A stretch of 64,000 nucleotides of DNA, from assembly GCF_006345805.1 (NCBI RefSeq), contig NC_043000.1:5456001-5520000 (forward strand), read 5' to 3'. Positions within the stretch are counted from its first letter, which is position 1; every line of letters begins with the position of its first letter. Under the pieces are notes generated by a model. The model saw only the letters and a list, made by a program, of their open reading frames with translations. It was not told the origin of the DNA and searched no databases. The DNA is from Octopus sinensis. Taxonomy: Eukaryota. Below, piece by piece: positions 24,190 to 36,820 of the stretch. Both the position numbers and the translations under genes were made by a program.

Positions 24190-27100
24190 GAGTAAGCCAT
24201 CGTCGACCTAGTACATGGATAAGCCATCATCGACCTAGTACATGGAGTAAGCCATCATCGACCTAGTACATGGATAAGCCATCATCGACCTAGTACATGG
24301 ATAAGCCATCATCGACCTAGTACATGGAGTAAGCCATCATCGACCTAGTACATGGATAAGCCATCATCGACCTAGTACATGGGCAAGCCATCATCGACCT
24401 AGTACATGGATAAGCCATCATCGACCTAGTACATGGATAAGCCATCATCGACCTAGTACATGGATAAGCCATCATCGACCTAGTACATGGATAAGCCATC
24501 ATCGACCTAGTACATGGAAGCCATCATCGACCTAGTACATGGATAAGCCATCATCGACCTAGTACATGGATAAGCATCATCGACCTAGTACATGGATAAG
24601 CCATCATCGACCTAGTACATGGATAAGCCATCATCGACCTAGTACATGGATAAGCCACATCGACCTAGTACATGGCTAAGCCATCATCGACCTAGTACAT
24701 GGATAAGCCATCATCGACCTAGTACATGGAGTAAGCCATCATCGACCTAGTACATGGATAAGCCATCATCGACCTAGTACATGGGCAAGCCTCATCGACC
24801 TAGTACATGGATAAGCCATCATCGACCTAGTACATGGAAGCCATCATCGACCTAGTACATGGAGTAAGCCATCATCGACCTAGTACATGGATAAGCCATC
24901 ATCGACCTAGTACATGGATAAGCATCATCGACCTAGTACATGGATAAGCCATCATCGACCTAGTACATGGATAAGCCATCATCGACCTAGTACATGGATA
25001 AGCCATCATCGACCTAGTACATGGATAAGCCATCATCGACCTAGTACATGGATAAGCCATCATCGACCTAGTACATGGGCAAGCCATCATGACCTAGTAC
25101 ATGGATAAGCCATCATCGACCTAGTACATGGGCAAGCCATCATCGACCTAGTACATGGATAAGCCATCATCGACCTAGTACATGGGCAGCCATCATCGAC
25201 CTAGTACATGGATAAGCCATCATCGACCTAGTACATGGGCAGCCATCATCGACCTAGTACATGGATAGCCATCATCGACCTAGTAATGGGCAAGCCATCA
25301 TCGACCTAGTACATGGATAAGCCATCATCGACCTAGTACATGGGCAAGCCATCATCGACCTAGTACATGGATAGCCATCATCGACCTAGTACATGGATTA
25401 GCCATCATCGACCTAGTACATGGAAAGCCATCATCGACCTAGTACATGGATAAGCCATCATCGACCTAGTACATGGATAAGCCATCATCGACCTAGTATA
25501 ATGGATAAGCCATCATCGACCTAGTACATGGATAAGCCATCATCGACCTAGTACATGGGCAAGCCATCATCGACCTAGTACATGGATAAGCCATCATCGA
25601 CCTAGTACTGGATAAGCCATCATCGACCTAGTTACATGGCACGCCATCATCCTCCTAGTACATGGATAAGCCATCACCGATACCTAGTACATGGGCAAGC
25701 CATCATCGACCTAGTACATGGATAAGCCATCATCGACCTAGTACATGGGCAAGCCATCATCGACCTAGTACATGGATAAGCCATCATCGACCTAGTACAT
25801 GGATAACCATCATTCGACCTAGTACATGGGCAAGCCATCATCGACCTAGTACCTGGATAAGCCATCATCGACCTAGTACATGGCAAGCCATCATCGACCT
25901 AGTACATGGATAAGCCATCATCGACCTAGTACATGGATAAGCCATCATCGACCTAGTACATGGATAAGCCATCATCGACCTAGTAACATGGATAAGCCAT
26001 CATCGACCTAGTACATGGATAAGCCATCATCGACCTAGTACATGGATAAGCCATCATCGACCAAGTACATGGATAAGCCATCATCGACCTAGTACATGGG
26101 CAGCCATCATCGACCTAGTAAATGGATAAGCCATCATCGACCTAGTACATGGGCAAGCCATATCGACCTAGTACATGGATAAGCCATCATCGACCTAGTA
26201 CATGGGCAAGCCATCATCGACCTAGTATATGGATAAGCCATCATCGACCTAGTACATGGGCAAGCCATCATCGACCGAGTACATGGATAAGCCATCATCG
26301 ACCTAGTACATGGATAAGCCATCATTGACCTAGTACATGGATAAGCCATCATCGACCTAGTACATGGATAAGCCATCATCGACCTAGTACATGGATAAGC
26401 CATCATCGACCTAGTACATGGATAAGCCATCATCGACCTAGTACAAGGATAAGCCATCATCGACCTTGTACATGGATAAGCCATCATCGACCTAGTACAT
26501 GGGCAAGCCATCATCGACCTAGTACATGGAAAAGCCATCATCGACCTAGTACATGGGCAAGCCATCATCGACCTAGTACATGGATAAGCCATCATCGACC
26601 TAGTACATGGATAAGCCATCATCGACCTAGTACATGGATAAGCCATCATCGACCTAGTACATGGATAAGCCATCATCGACCTAGTACATGGATAAGCCAT
26701 CATCGACCTAGTACATGGATAAACCATCATCGACCTAGTACATGGATAAGCCATCATCGACCTAGTACATGGATAAGCCATCCCGGACCTAGTACATGGA
26801 TAAGCCATCATCGACCTAGTACATGGATAAGCCATCATCGACCTAGTACATGGATAAGCCATCATCGACCTAGTACATGGATAAGCCATCATCGACCTAG
26901 TACATGGATAAGCCATCATCGACCTAGTACATGGATAAGCCATCATCGACCTAGTACATGGATAAGCCATCATCGACCTAGTACATGGATAAGCCATCAT
27001 CGACCTAGTACAGGGAAAGCCATCATCGACCTAGTACATGGATAAGCCATCATCGACCTAGTACATGGGCAAGCCATCATCGACCTAGTACATGGATAAG

Positions 27101-30100
27101 CCATCATCGACCTAGTACATGGGCAAGCCATCATCGACCTAGTACATGGATAAGCCATCATCGACCTAGTACATGGGCAAGCCATCATCGACCTAGTACA
27201 TGGATAAGCCATCATCGACCTAGTACATGGATAAGCCATCATCGACCTAGTACATGGATAAGCCATCATCGACCTAGTACATGGATAAGCCATCATCGAC
27301 CTAGTACAGGGATAAGCCATCATCGACCTTGTACATGGAGTAAGCCATCATCGACCTAGTACATGTGCAAACCATCATCGACCTAGTACATGGATAAGCC
27401 ATCATCGACCTAGTACATGTGCAAGCCATCATCGACCTAGTACATGGATAAGCCATCATCGACCTAGTACATGGGCAAGCCATCATCGACCTAGGACATG
27501 GATAAGCCATCATCGACCTAGTACATGGATAAGCCATCATCGACCTAGTACATGGATAAGCCATCATCGACCTAGTACATGGATAAGCCATCATCGACCT
27601 AGTACATGGATAAGCCATCATCGACCTAGTACATGGGCAAGCCATCATCGACCTAGTACATGGATAAGCCATCATCGACCTAGTACATGGATAAGCCATC
27701 ATCGACCTAGTACATGGAGTAAGCCATCATCGACCTAGTACATGGATAAGCCATCATCGACCTAGTACATGGGCAAGCCATCATCGACCTAGTACATGGA
27801 TAAGCCATCATCGACCTAGTACATGGGCAAGCCATCATCGACCTAGTACATGGATAAGCCATCATCGACCTAGTACATGGGCAAGCCATCATCGACCTAG
27901 TACATGGATAAGCCATCATCGACCTAGTACATGGGCAAGCCATCATCGACCTAGTACATGGATAAGCCATCATCGACCTAGTACATGGGCAAGCCATCAT
28001 CGACCTAGTACATGGATAAGCCATCATCGACCTAGTACATGGGCAAGCCATCATCGACCTAGTACATGGATAAGCCATCATCGACCTAGTACATGGATAA
28101 GCCATCATCGACCTAGTACATGGATAAGCCATCATCGACCTAGTACATGGATAAGCCATCATCGACCTAGTACATGGATAAGCCATCATCGACCTAGTAC
28201 ATGGATAAGCCATCATCGACCTAGTACATGGGCAAGCCATCATCGACCTAGTACATGGGCAAGCCATCATCGACCTAGTACATGGATAAGCCATCATCGA
28301 CCTAGTACATGGATAAGCCATCATCGACCTAGTACATGGGCAAGCCATCATCGACCTAGTACATGGATAAGCCATCACCGACCTAGTACATGGGCAAGCC
28401 ATCATCGACCTAGTACATGGATAAGCCATCATCGACCTAGTACATGGGCAAGCCATCATCGACCTAGTACATGGATAAGCCATCATCGACCTAGTACATG
28501 GATAAACCAACATCGACCTAGTACATGGGCAAGCCATCATCGACCTAGTACATGGATAAGCCATCATCGACCTAGTACATGGGCAAGCCATCATCGACCT
28601 AGTACATGGATAAGCCATCATCGACCTAGTACATGGATAAGCCATCATCGACCTAGTACATGGATAAGCCATCATCGACCTAGTACATGGATAAGGCATC
28701 ATCAACCTAGTACATGGATAGGCCATCATCGACCTAGTACATGGATAAGCCATCATCGACCTAGTACATGGAGTAAGCCATCATCGACCTAGTATATGGA
28801 TAAGCCATCATCGACCTAGTACATGGGCAAGCCATCATCGACCTAGTACATGGATAAGCCATCATCGACCTAGTACATGGATAAGCCATCATCGACCTAG
28901 TACATGGAAAAGCCATCATCGACCTAGTACATGGGCAAGCCATCATCGACCTAGTACATGGATAAGCCATCATCGACCTAGTACATGGGCAAGCCATCAT
29001 CGACCTAGTACATGGATAAGCCATCATCGACCTAGTACATGGGCAAGCCATCATCGACCTAGTACATGGATAAGCCATCATCGACCTAGTACATGGATAA
29101 GCCATCATCGACCTTGTACATGGATAAGCCATCATCGACCTAGTACATGGATAAGCCATCATCGACCTAGTACATGGATAAGCCATCATCGACCTAGTAC
29201 ATGGATAAGCCATCATCGACCTAGTACATGGATAAGCCATCATCGACCTAGTACATGGATAAGCCATCATCGACCTAGTACATGGATAAGCCATCATCGA
29301 CCTAGTACATGGATAAGCCATCATCGACCTAGTACATGGGCAAGCCATCATCGACCTAGTACATGGATAAGCCATCACCGACCTAGTACATGGGCAAGCC
29401 ATCATCGACCTAGTACATGGATAAGCCATCATCGACCTAGTACATGGATAAGCCATCATCGACCTAGTACATGGATAAGCGATCATCGACCTAGTACATG
29501 GATAAGCGATCATCGACCTAGTACATGGATAAGCCATCATCGACCTAGTACATGGATAAGCCATCATCGACCTAGTACATGGAAAAGCCATCATCGACCT
29601 AGTACATGGATAAGCCATCATCGACCTAGTACATGGATAAGCCATCATCGACCTAGTACATGGATAAGCCATCATCGACCTAGTACAAGGATAAGCCATC
29701 ATCGACCTTGTACATGGATAAGCCATCATCGACCTAGTACATGGGCAAGCCATCATCGACCTAGTACATGGATAAGCCATCATCGACCTAGTACATGGGC
29801 AAGCCATCATCGACCTAGTACATGGATAAGCCATCATCGACCTAGTACATGGGCAAGCCATCATCGACCTAGTACATGGATAAGCCATCATCGACCTAGT
29901 ACATGGATAAGCCATCATCGACCTAGTACATGGATAAGCCATCATCGACCTAGTACATGGATAAGCCATCATCGACCTAGTACATGGATAAGCCATCATC
30001 GACCTAGTACATGGATAAGCCATCATCGACCTAGTACATGGGCAAGCCATCATCGACCTAGTACATGGATAAGCCATCATCGACCTAGTACATGGGCAAG

Positions 30101-32710
30101 CCATCAACGACCTAGTACATGGATAAGCCATCATCGACCTAGTACATGGGCAAGCCATCATCGACCTAGTACATGGATAAGCCATCATCGACCTAGTACA
30201 TGGATAAGCCATCATCGACCTAGTACAATGATAAGCCATCATCGACCTAGTACATGGATAAGCCATCATCGACCTAGTACATGGATAAGCCATCATCGAC
30301 CTAGTACATGGATAAGCCATCATCGACCTAGTACATGGATAAGCCATCATCGACCTAGTACATGGATAAGCCATCATCGACCTAGTACATGGGCAAGCCA
30401 TCATCGACCTAGTACATGGATAAGCCATCATCGACCTAGTACATGGATAAGCCATCATCGACCTAGTACATAGATAAGCCATCATCGACCTAGTACATGG
30501 GCAAGCCATCATCGACCTAGTACATGGATAAGCCATCATCGACCTAGTACATGGGCAAGCCATCATCGACCTAGTACATGGATAAGCCATCATCGACCTA
30601 GTACATGGGCAAGCATCATCGACCTAGTACATGGATAAGCCATCATCGACCTAGTACATGGGCAAGCCATCATCGACCTAATACATGGATAAGCCATCAT
30701 CGACCTAGTACATGGATAAGCCATCATCGACCTAGTACATGGATAAGCCATCATCGACCTAGTACATGGATAAGCCATCATCGACCTAGTACATGGATAA
30801 GCCATCATCGACCTAGTACATGGATAAGCCATCATCGACCTAGTACATGGATAAGCCATCATCGACCTAGTACATGGATAAGCCATCATCGACCTAGTAC
30901 ATGGTACATGGATAAGCCATCATCGACCTAGTACATGGGCAAGCCATCATCGACCTAGTACATGGATAAGCCATCATCGACCTAGTACATGGGCAAGCCA
31001 TCATCGACCTAGTACATGGATAAGCCATCATCGACCTAGTACATGGATAAGCCATCATCGACCTAGTACATGGATAAGCCATCATCGACCTAGTACATGG
31101 ATAAGCCATCATCGACCTAGTACATGGATAAGCCATCATCGACCTAGTACATGGATAAGCCATCATCGACCTAGTACATGGATAAGCCATCATCGACCTA
31201 GTACATGGATAAGCCATCATCGACCTAGTACATGGGCAAGCCATCATCTACCTAGTACATGGATAAGCCATCATCGACCTAGTACATGTGCAAACCATCA
31301 TCGACCTAGTACATGGATAAGCCATCATCGACCTAGTACATGGATAAGCCATCATATACCTAGTACATGGGCAAGCCATCATCGACCTAGTACATGGATA
31401 AGCCATCATCGACCTAGTACATGGGCAAGCCATCATCGACCTAGTACATGGATAAGCCATCATCGACCTAGTACATGGATAAGCCATCATCGACCTAGTA
31501 CATGGATAAGCCATCATCGACCTAGTACATGGATAAGCCATCATCGACCTAGTACATGGATAAGCCATCATCGACCTAGTACATGGGCAAGCCATCATCG
31601 ACCTAGTACATGGATAAGCCATCATCGACCTAGTACATGGGCAAGCCATCATCGACCTAGTACATGGATAAGCCATCATCGACCTAGTACATGGATAAGC
31701 CATCATCGACCTAGTACATGGGCAAGCCATCATCGACCTAGTACATGGAGTAAGCCATCATCGACCTAGTACATGGATAAGCCATCATCGACCTAGTACA
31801 TGGGCAAGCCATCATCGACCTAGTACATGGATAAGCCATCATCGACCTAGTACATGGGCAAGCCATCATCGACCTAGTACATGGATAAGCCATCATCGAC
31901 CTAGTACATGGATAAGCCATCATCGACCTAGTACATGGATAAGCCATCATCGACCTAGTACATGGACAAGCCATCATCGACCTAGTACATGGATAAGCCA
32001 TCATCGACCTAGTACATGGATAAGCCATCATCGACCTAGTACATGAATAAGCCATCATCGACCTAGTACATGGATAAGCCATCATCGACCTAGTACATGG
32101 ATAAGCCATCATCGATCTAGTACATGGATAAGCCATCATCGACCTAGTACATGGGCAAGCCATCATCGACCTAGTACATGGATAAGCCATCATCGATCTA
32201 GTACATGGATAAGCCATCATCGACCTAGTACATGGATAAGCCATCATCGACCTAGTACATGGATAAGCCATCATCGATCTAGTACATGGATAAGCCATCA
32301 TCGACCTAGTACATGGATAAGCCATCATCGACCTAGTACATGGATAAGCCATCATCGACCTAGTACATGGATAAGCCATCATCGACCTAGTACATGGAGT
32401 AAGCCATCATCATCGACCTAGTACATGGATAGCCATCATCGGCCTAGTACATGGATAAGCCATCATCGACCTAGTACATGGATAAGCCATCATCGACCTA
32501 GTACATGGATAAGCCATCATCGACCTAGTACATGGATAAGCCATCATCGACCTAGTACATGGATAAGCCATCATCGACCTAGTACATGGATAAGCCATCA
32601 TCGACCTAGTACATGGATAAGCCATCATCAACCTAGTACATGGATAAGCCATCATCGACCTAGTACATGGATAAGCCATCATCGACCTAGTACATGGATA
32701 AGCCATCACT
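24190..32710. repeat. 27-bp tandem minisatellite array, ~8.5 kb, ~315 units
   Basis: Consensus gccatcatcgacctagtacatggataa, main variant ...gggcaa, rarer 28-bp ...ggagtaa; no spacers. Confidence 0.98.
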
Positions 32711-32870
32711 GACCCTAGTATATGACTGGAGCTTTATTTTATCCGTCCCGAAAGAATGAGAAGCAGCGTTGATCATTTCGGAATTTGAATTCGGAATGTA
32801 AAAAGCCAGAGAAATACGGCAAGCCATTTTGTTCGTCGCGCTAACGATTCTAATAACCTGCAAAGACCCC
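32700..32870 (-). mobile_element. Head-side part of a diverged SINE family A copy whose tail side lies at ~24148-24200
   Basis: gaccctagtatatgactggagctttatttttatccgtcccgaaag...ggaatttgaattcggaatgt...gctaacgattct aligns to family A. Confidence 0.65.
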
Positions 32871-32871
32871 T

Positions 32872-33190
32872 TCTGTCACGAATTAGCATTGGATTGTACC
32901 TAGAAATTATCCCTCCGAGGCACAAGTCTAGACAACGTTGTTTATGGAAGACCAGACAGTCACCTACGCATACCAACCTCCCGTCTCCACGCCACTGATG
33001 TTGTCCAAAGGAAAGGCAAAGGCCGATACAGCTTGGCACCAGTGACGTCTCAATTCATTACAGCTGAGTGAACTGGAGCAACGTGAAATAAAGTGTCTTA
33101 CTCAAGAACACACCACACTTCCTGTCTCAGGAATCAAACTTACAACCGCACGATCGTAAGCCTGAGTCTCTAACCACTGAGCCATGAGCC
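32872..33190 (-). mobile_element. tRNA-derived SINE family F
   Basis: Same family as 60620-60957: tttatggaagacc...ggaaaggcaaaggcc...ggagcaacgtgaaataaagtgtctt...aaccactgagccatg. Confidence 0.75.
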
Positions 33191-33279
33191 TAACGATTCT
33201 AATATCCTACCTCCCGAATAATAATTCTTTCTACTGTAGACACTGACAATTCTACATCGTCACCTTAATAATAATAATG

Positions 33280-33836
33280 ATTTCAAAGTTTTGCCACAAG
33301 GGCAGCTTGGAGGAGGGGATTAAGTCGATTACATCGACCCCAGTTTCACTGGTACTTAATTTATCGATCCCGAAAGGAGGAGAGGCAAAGTCGACTTCGG
33401 CGGATTTTGAACTCAGAACGTAGCGGCAGACGAAATACTGCTAAGCACTCCGTCCACCATGCTAACGATTCTGCCAGATCACCTTAATAATAATGATAAT
33501 AAGAAGAAGAAGAGAAGAAGAAGAAGAAGAAGAAGAAGAAGAAGAAGAAAAAGAAGAAAAAGAAAAAGAAGAAAAAGAAAAAGAAGAAGAAGGAGAAGAA
33601 GAAGAAGAAGAAGAAGAAGAAGAAGAAGAAGAAGAAGAAGAAGAAAACTTTCTACAATAGGCACAAGGCCTGAAATTTGGTGGGAGGGAGCCAGTACGTA
33701 ACTGGTACTTAATTTATCGACCCCGAAAGGATGAAAAGCAAAGTCTGCCTCGGCGGAATTTGAACTCAGAATGAAGCGACGGGCGAACTACTGCTAAGCA
33801 TTCCGTCCAGCGTGCTAATGATTCTTGTAGCTCACC

Positions 33837-33840
<4 letters not shown>
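33280..33840 (-). mobile_element. Two SINE family A copies separated by a (GAA)n tract (33501-33645)
   Basis: Family A blocks at ~33280-33485 and ~33648-33838. Confidence 0.75.
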
Positions 33841-33871
<31 letters not shown>

Positions 33872-33886
33872 TAATAATTATAATAT

Positions 33887-34297
33887 GAGTGGCTGTGTGG
33901 TAAGTAGCTTTCTTACGAACCATATGGTTCCAGGTTCAGTCCCACTGCGTGGTACCTTGGGCAAGTATCTTCTACTATAGCCTCGGGCCGACCAAAACCT
34001 TGTGAGTGGATTTGGTAGACGGAAAACTGAGAGAAGCCCGTCGTATATATGTATATATATATATATGTATATGTGTATGTTTGTGTGTCTGTACTTGTCC
34101 CACGAACATCGCTTGACAACAGATGCTGGTGTGTTTACGTCTCCGTAACTAAGCGGTTCGGCACAAAGAAACCGATAGATAAGTACTAGGCTTACAAAGA
34201 ATAAGTCCTGGGGTCGATTTGCTTGACTAAAGGCGGTGCTCCAGCATGGCCACAGTCAAATGACTGAAACAACTAAAAGAATAAAAGAATAAAAGAA
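33887..34297 (+). mobile_element. SINE family B, full length
   Basis: gagtggctgtgtggtaagtagc...tgactgaaacaactaaaagaataaaagaat. Confidence 0.9.
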
Positions 34298-34360
34298 CTG
34301 TTTCAAATTTTGGTCAGAAGTTTTGGGAGGGGCGTTTAACTGATTACATCTACCCGCTTA

Positions 34361-34759
34361 CTCTTTTACTTGTTTCAGTCATTTGACTGCGGCCATGCTG
34401 GAGCACCGCCTTTAGTCGAGCAACTCAACCCCAGGACTTATTCTTTTGTAAGCCCAGTACTTATTCTATCGGTCTCTTTTGCCGAACCGCTAAGTAACGG
34501 GGACATAAACACCCCAGCATCGGTTGTCAAGCAATGCTAGGGGGACGAACACAGACACACAAACACTCAAACACACATATATATATATACATATATACGA
34601 CGGCTTCTTTCAGTTTCCGTCTACCAAATCCACTCACAAGGCTTTGGTCGGCCCGAGGTTATAGTAGAAGACACTTTCCCAAGGTGCCACGCAGTGGGAC
34701 TGAACCCGGAACCATGTGGTTGATAAACAAGCTACTTACCACACAGCCACTCCTGCGCC
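34361..34759 (-). mobile_element. SINE family B, full length, inverted relative to 33887-34297
   Basis: ctcttttacttgtttcagtc...cttaccacacagccactcctgcgcc. Confidence 0.9.
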
Positions 34760-36589
34760 TGATTAGTATTTTATTTTCTATCGACACCGGAAAAATGTAA
34801 AGCAAAAATCGAACCCGGAGGAATTTGCACTCAGAATGTAAAAGAGACTGAACAAACACTGTTAAGCCCTTTTTTTCGACCCTCTAACGATTCGACTATT
34901 TCGCCGCCGAAATGATATCAAAATAATGTCGGCAACAGCTTCTCTTTATCTCTGAGTAGATGTGGAATAAACTAAACACGCAATTCCTATCATATTAAAA
35001 TATATAACTGATAATCAAAGATGATTTCTATTAGAAAAGGCTAAGCAGTTTTAAGCCATTGTGTATCAGCTTAACTCTTTGAGACAATTTTTATTCAATA
35101 ACTCTTATTGATAGGGGATGCATGCAAAGATTTTATTCTAACGATGGAAACACTTCCAAAATTCGTGTCAGATAAAATAATAGCTTTTGTGAATATGTGT
35201 GTTAATATATTTCCTAAATCATGCAAAGGTTTTGGAACACTTGAACTGAAATCTATCGCTCTTTTTAACATTTTATCTGGAAATTTCCAGCTCGATTGAT
35301 TTAAGCTGATAATATTAAGTATTTGTCAGAAGAAAATAGTATTGTGTGTAACAGGATACGATATTATTACTCTTAAATCTAGAGTTCACCACCTTACAAA
35401 CTTTGAATATAATGATTTAACATATTTATTGATTTTGTCTCAAGAAAACTTAATCATTTCAGAGTGTTGTAATTTGCTTGAAGCATTGCAATGTGTATAA
35501 ATGATATAGTTGTTTGCATAAGCCTTTGAGCAATGTAGGTGGGAAGACAGGCAATATATGCAAAGTAGTGTCTATAAATGAAAACTAACAGATATTGTAT
35601 TGCCTTGTATCGTGTTTTATTGATCCTAAAATATTTTGGAAAAGATCCTTCTCTTCTAATAAAAGAATATAATTAAAGTGCTCCAAAAATGTGTTGTTAC
35701 TGGCAAAGGATGATAGTACACTAAAATGGTCTGCTAGTAACAATATATCATTCATTATTCTTTGATTACTTTTTCTACTATTTGAAAAAGATAACCTTTC
35801 CCGAAATATTATAGGATCACTAAACAACTTTCATAAAGTTTTTTCGTTTGATTGGCATCAGCTTAGATATTTTGTCTTTCCTCTCACCTGCGTTGGTCAA
35901 AGGTTTATTCAAATATTTACAACTTATAATCATTTTACACATATTCAAAGTAAGTTTTTATTCCCAAAGTATTCGATTTTCAGTGGCCTGCTCAAGTTCT
36001 ATTCAGGCTTATTGTCGTTCTTGTATCATCTTAAAACAAACTTGATCTAAAAGATCTATAATCAGAAACAATCCGGCAATGACCATACCATTTTTATGTA
36101 TACCAAAAACTATATTGTTAAATGCATATGACAGGAGGGTGTGGTTTGTAGCAGCTTTGCTTCCTATTTCTAGCAAGTTGAGCAACTACCTAGAGCTTTC
36201 TTACTGGCTCCTTGTTATACATATTTCTTTTTACTTTACACAAAACTCCTGTAATGATGAGGCTGGGTCCGTTTTTAATTTGAATTTGAAACCATTCCCA
36301 AAGGCATCAGCATGAAATAATCAGTAAATAGTGTTGTTAGAATATCTAAATTCACTAATATTATCTCGTCTTGCTTTACAACGTTCCCCTTTGCGATTGA
36401 ATTAAGCTAAAATTCTTCTTTAATATTCATCATGTAAGCAAGAGACCGTGGAAAGAAATAAAATGAAATCCTGCTAAGTCACAAGCTCCATCTCATTTCG
36501 ATTCGCAGTCTCTTCAGTTAATGCTTTGAGAAAGGCATAATCACCAAAACGTTTCGTTAGTGTTTTCTACGTATTTAGGAAGAATTCAT

Positions 36590-36820
36590 ATTTCTTTATT
36601 GCCCACAAGGGGCTAAACATAGAGGGGACAAACAAGGACAGACAAAGGGATTAAGTCGATTTCATCGACCCCAGTGCGTAACTGGTACTTAATTTATCGA
36701 CCCCGAAAGGATGAAAGGCAAAGTCGACCTCGGCGGAATTTGAACTCAGAACGTAACGGCAGACGAAATACCGCTAACCATTTCGCCCGGAGTGCTAATG
36801 TTTCTGCCAGCTCGCCGCCT
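36590..36820 (-). mobile_element. SINE family A
   Basis: cccacaaggggctaaacatag...gtcgacctcggcggaatttgaactcag...ctgccagctcgccgcctt. Confidence 0.85.

Noticed and set aside
24190-32710. CRISPR array interpretation of the 27-bp repeats
   Set aside because: Units are contiguous with no unique spacers, there are no cas genes, and the context is eukaryotic.
24190-32710. Reflectin-like coding repeat (YMD / YSMY fragments)
   Set aside because: Those residues occur in frames with a stop in every unit, and the reflectin motif is not present.
35000-36560. Possible decayed large ORF on the minus strand
   Set aside because: Stop frequency is close to what AT-rich non-coding DNA gives and no motif is recognised.
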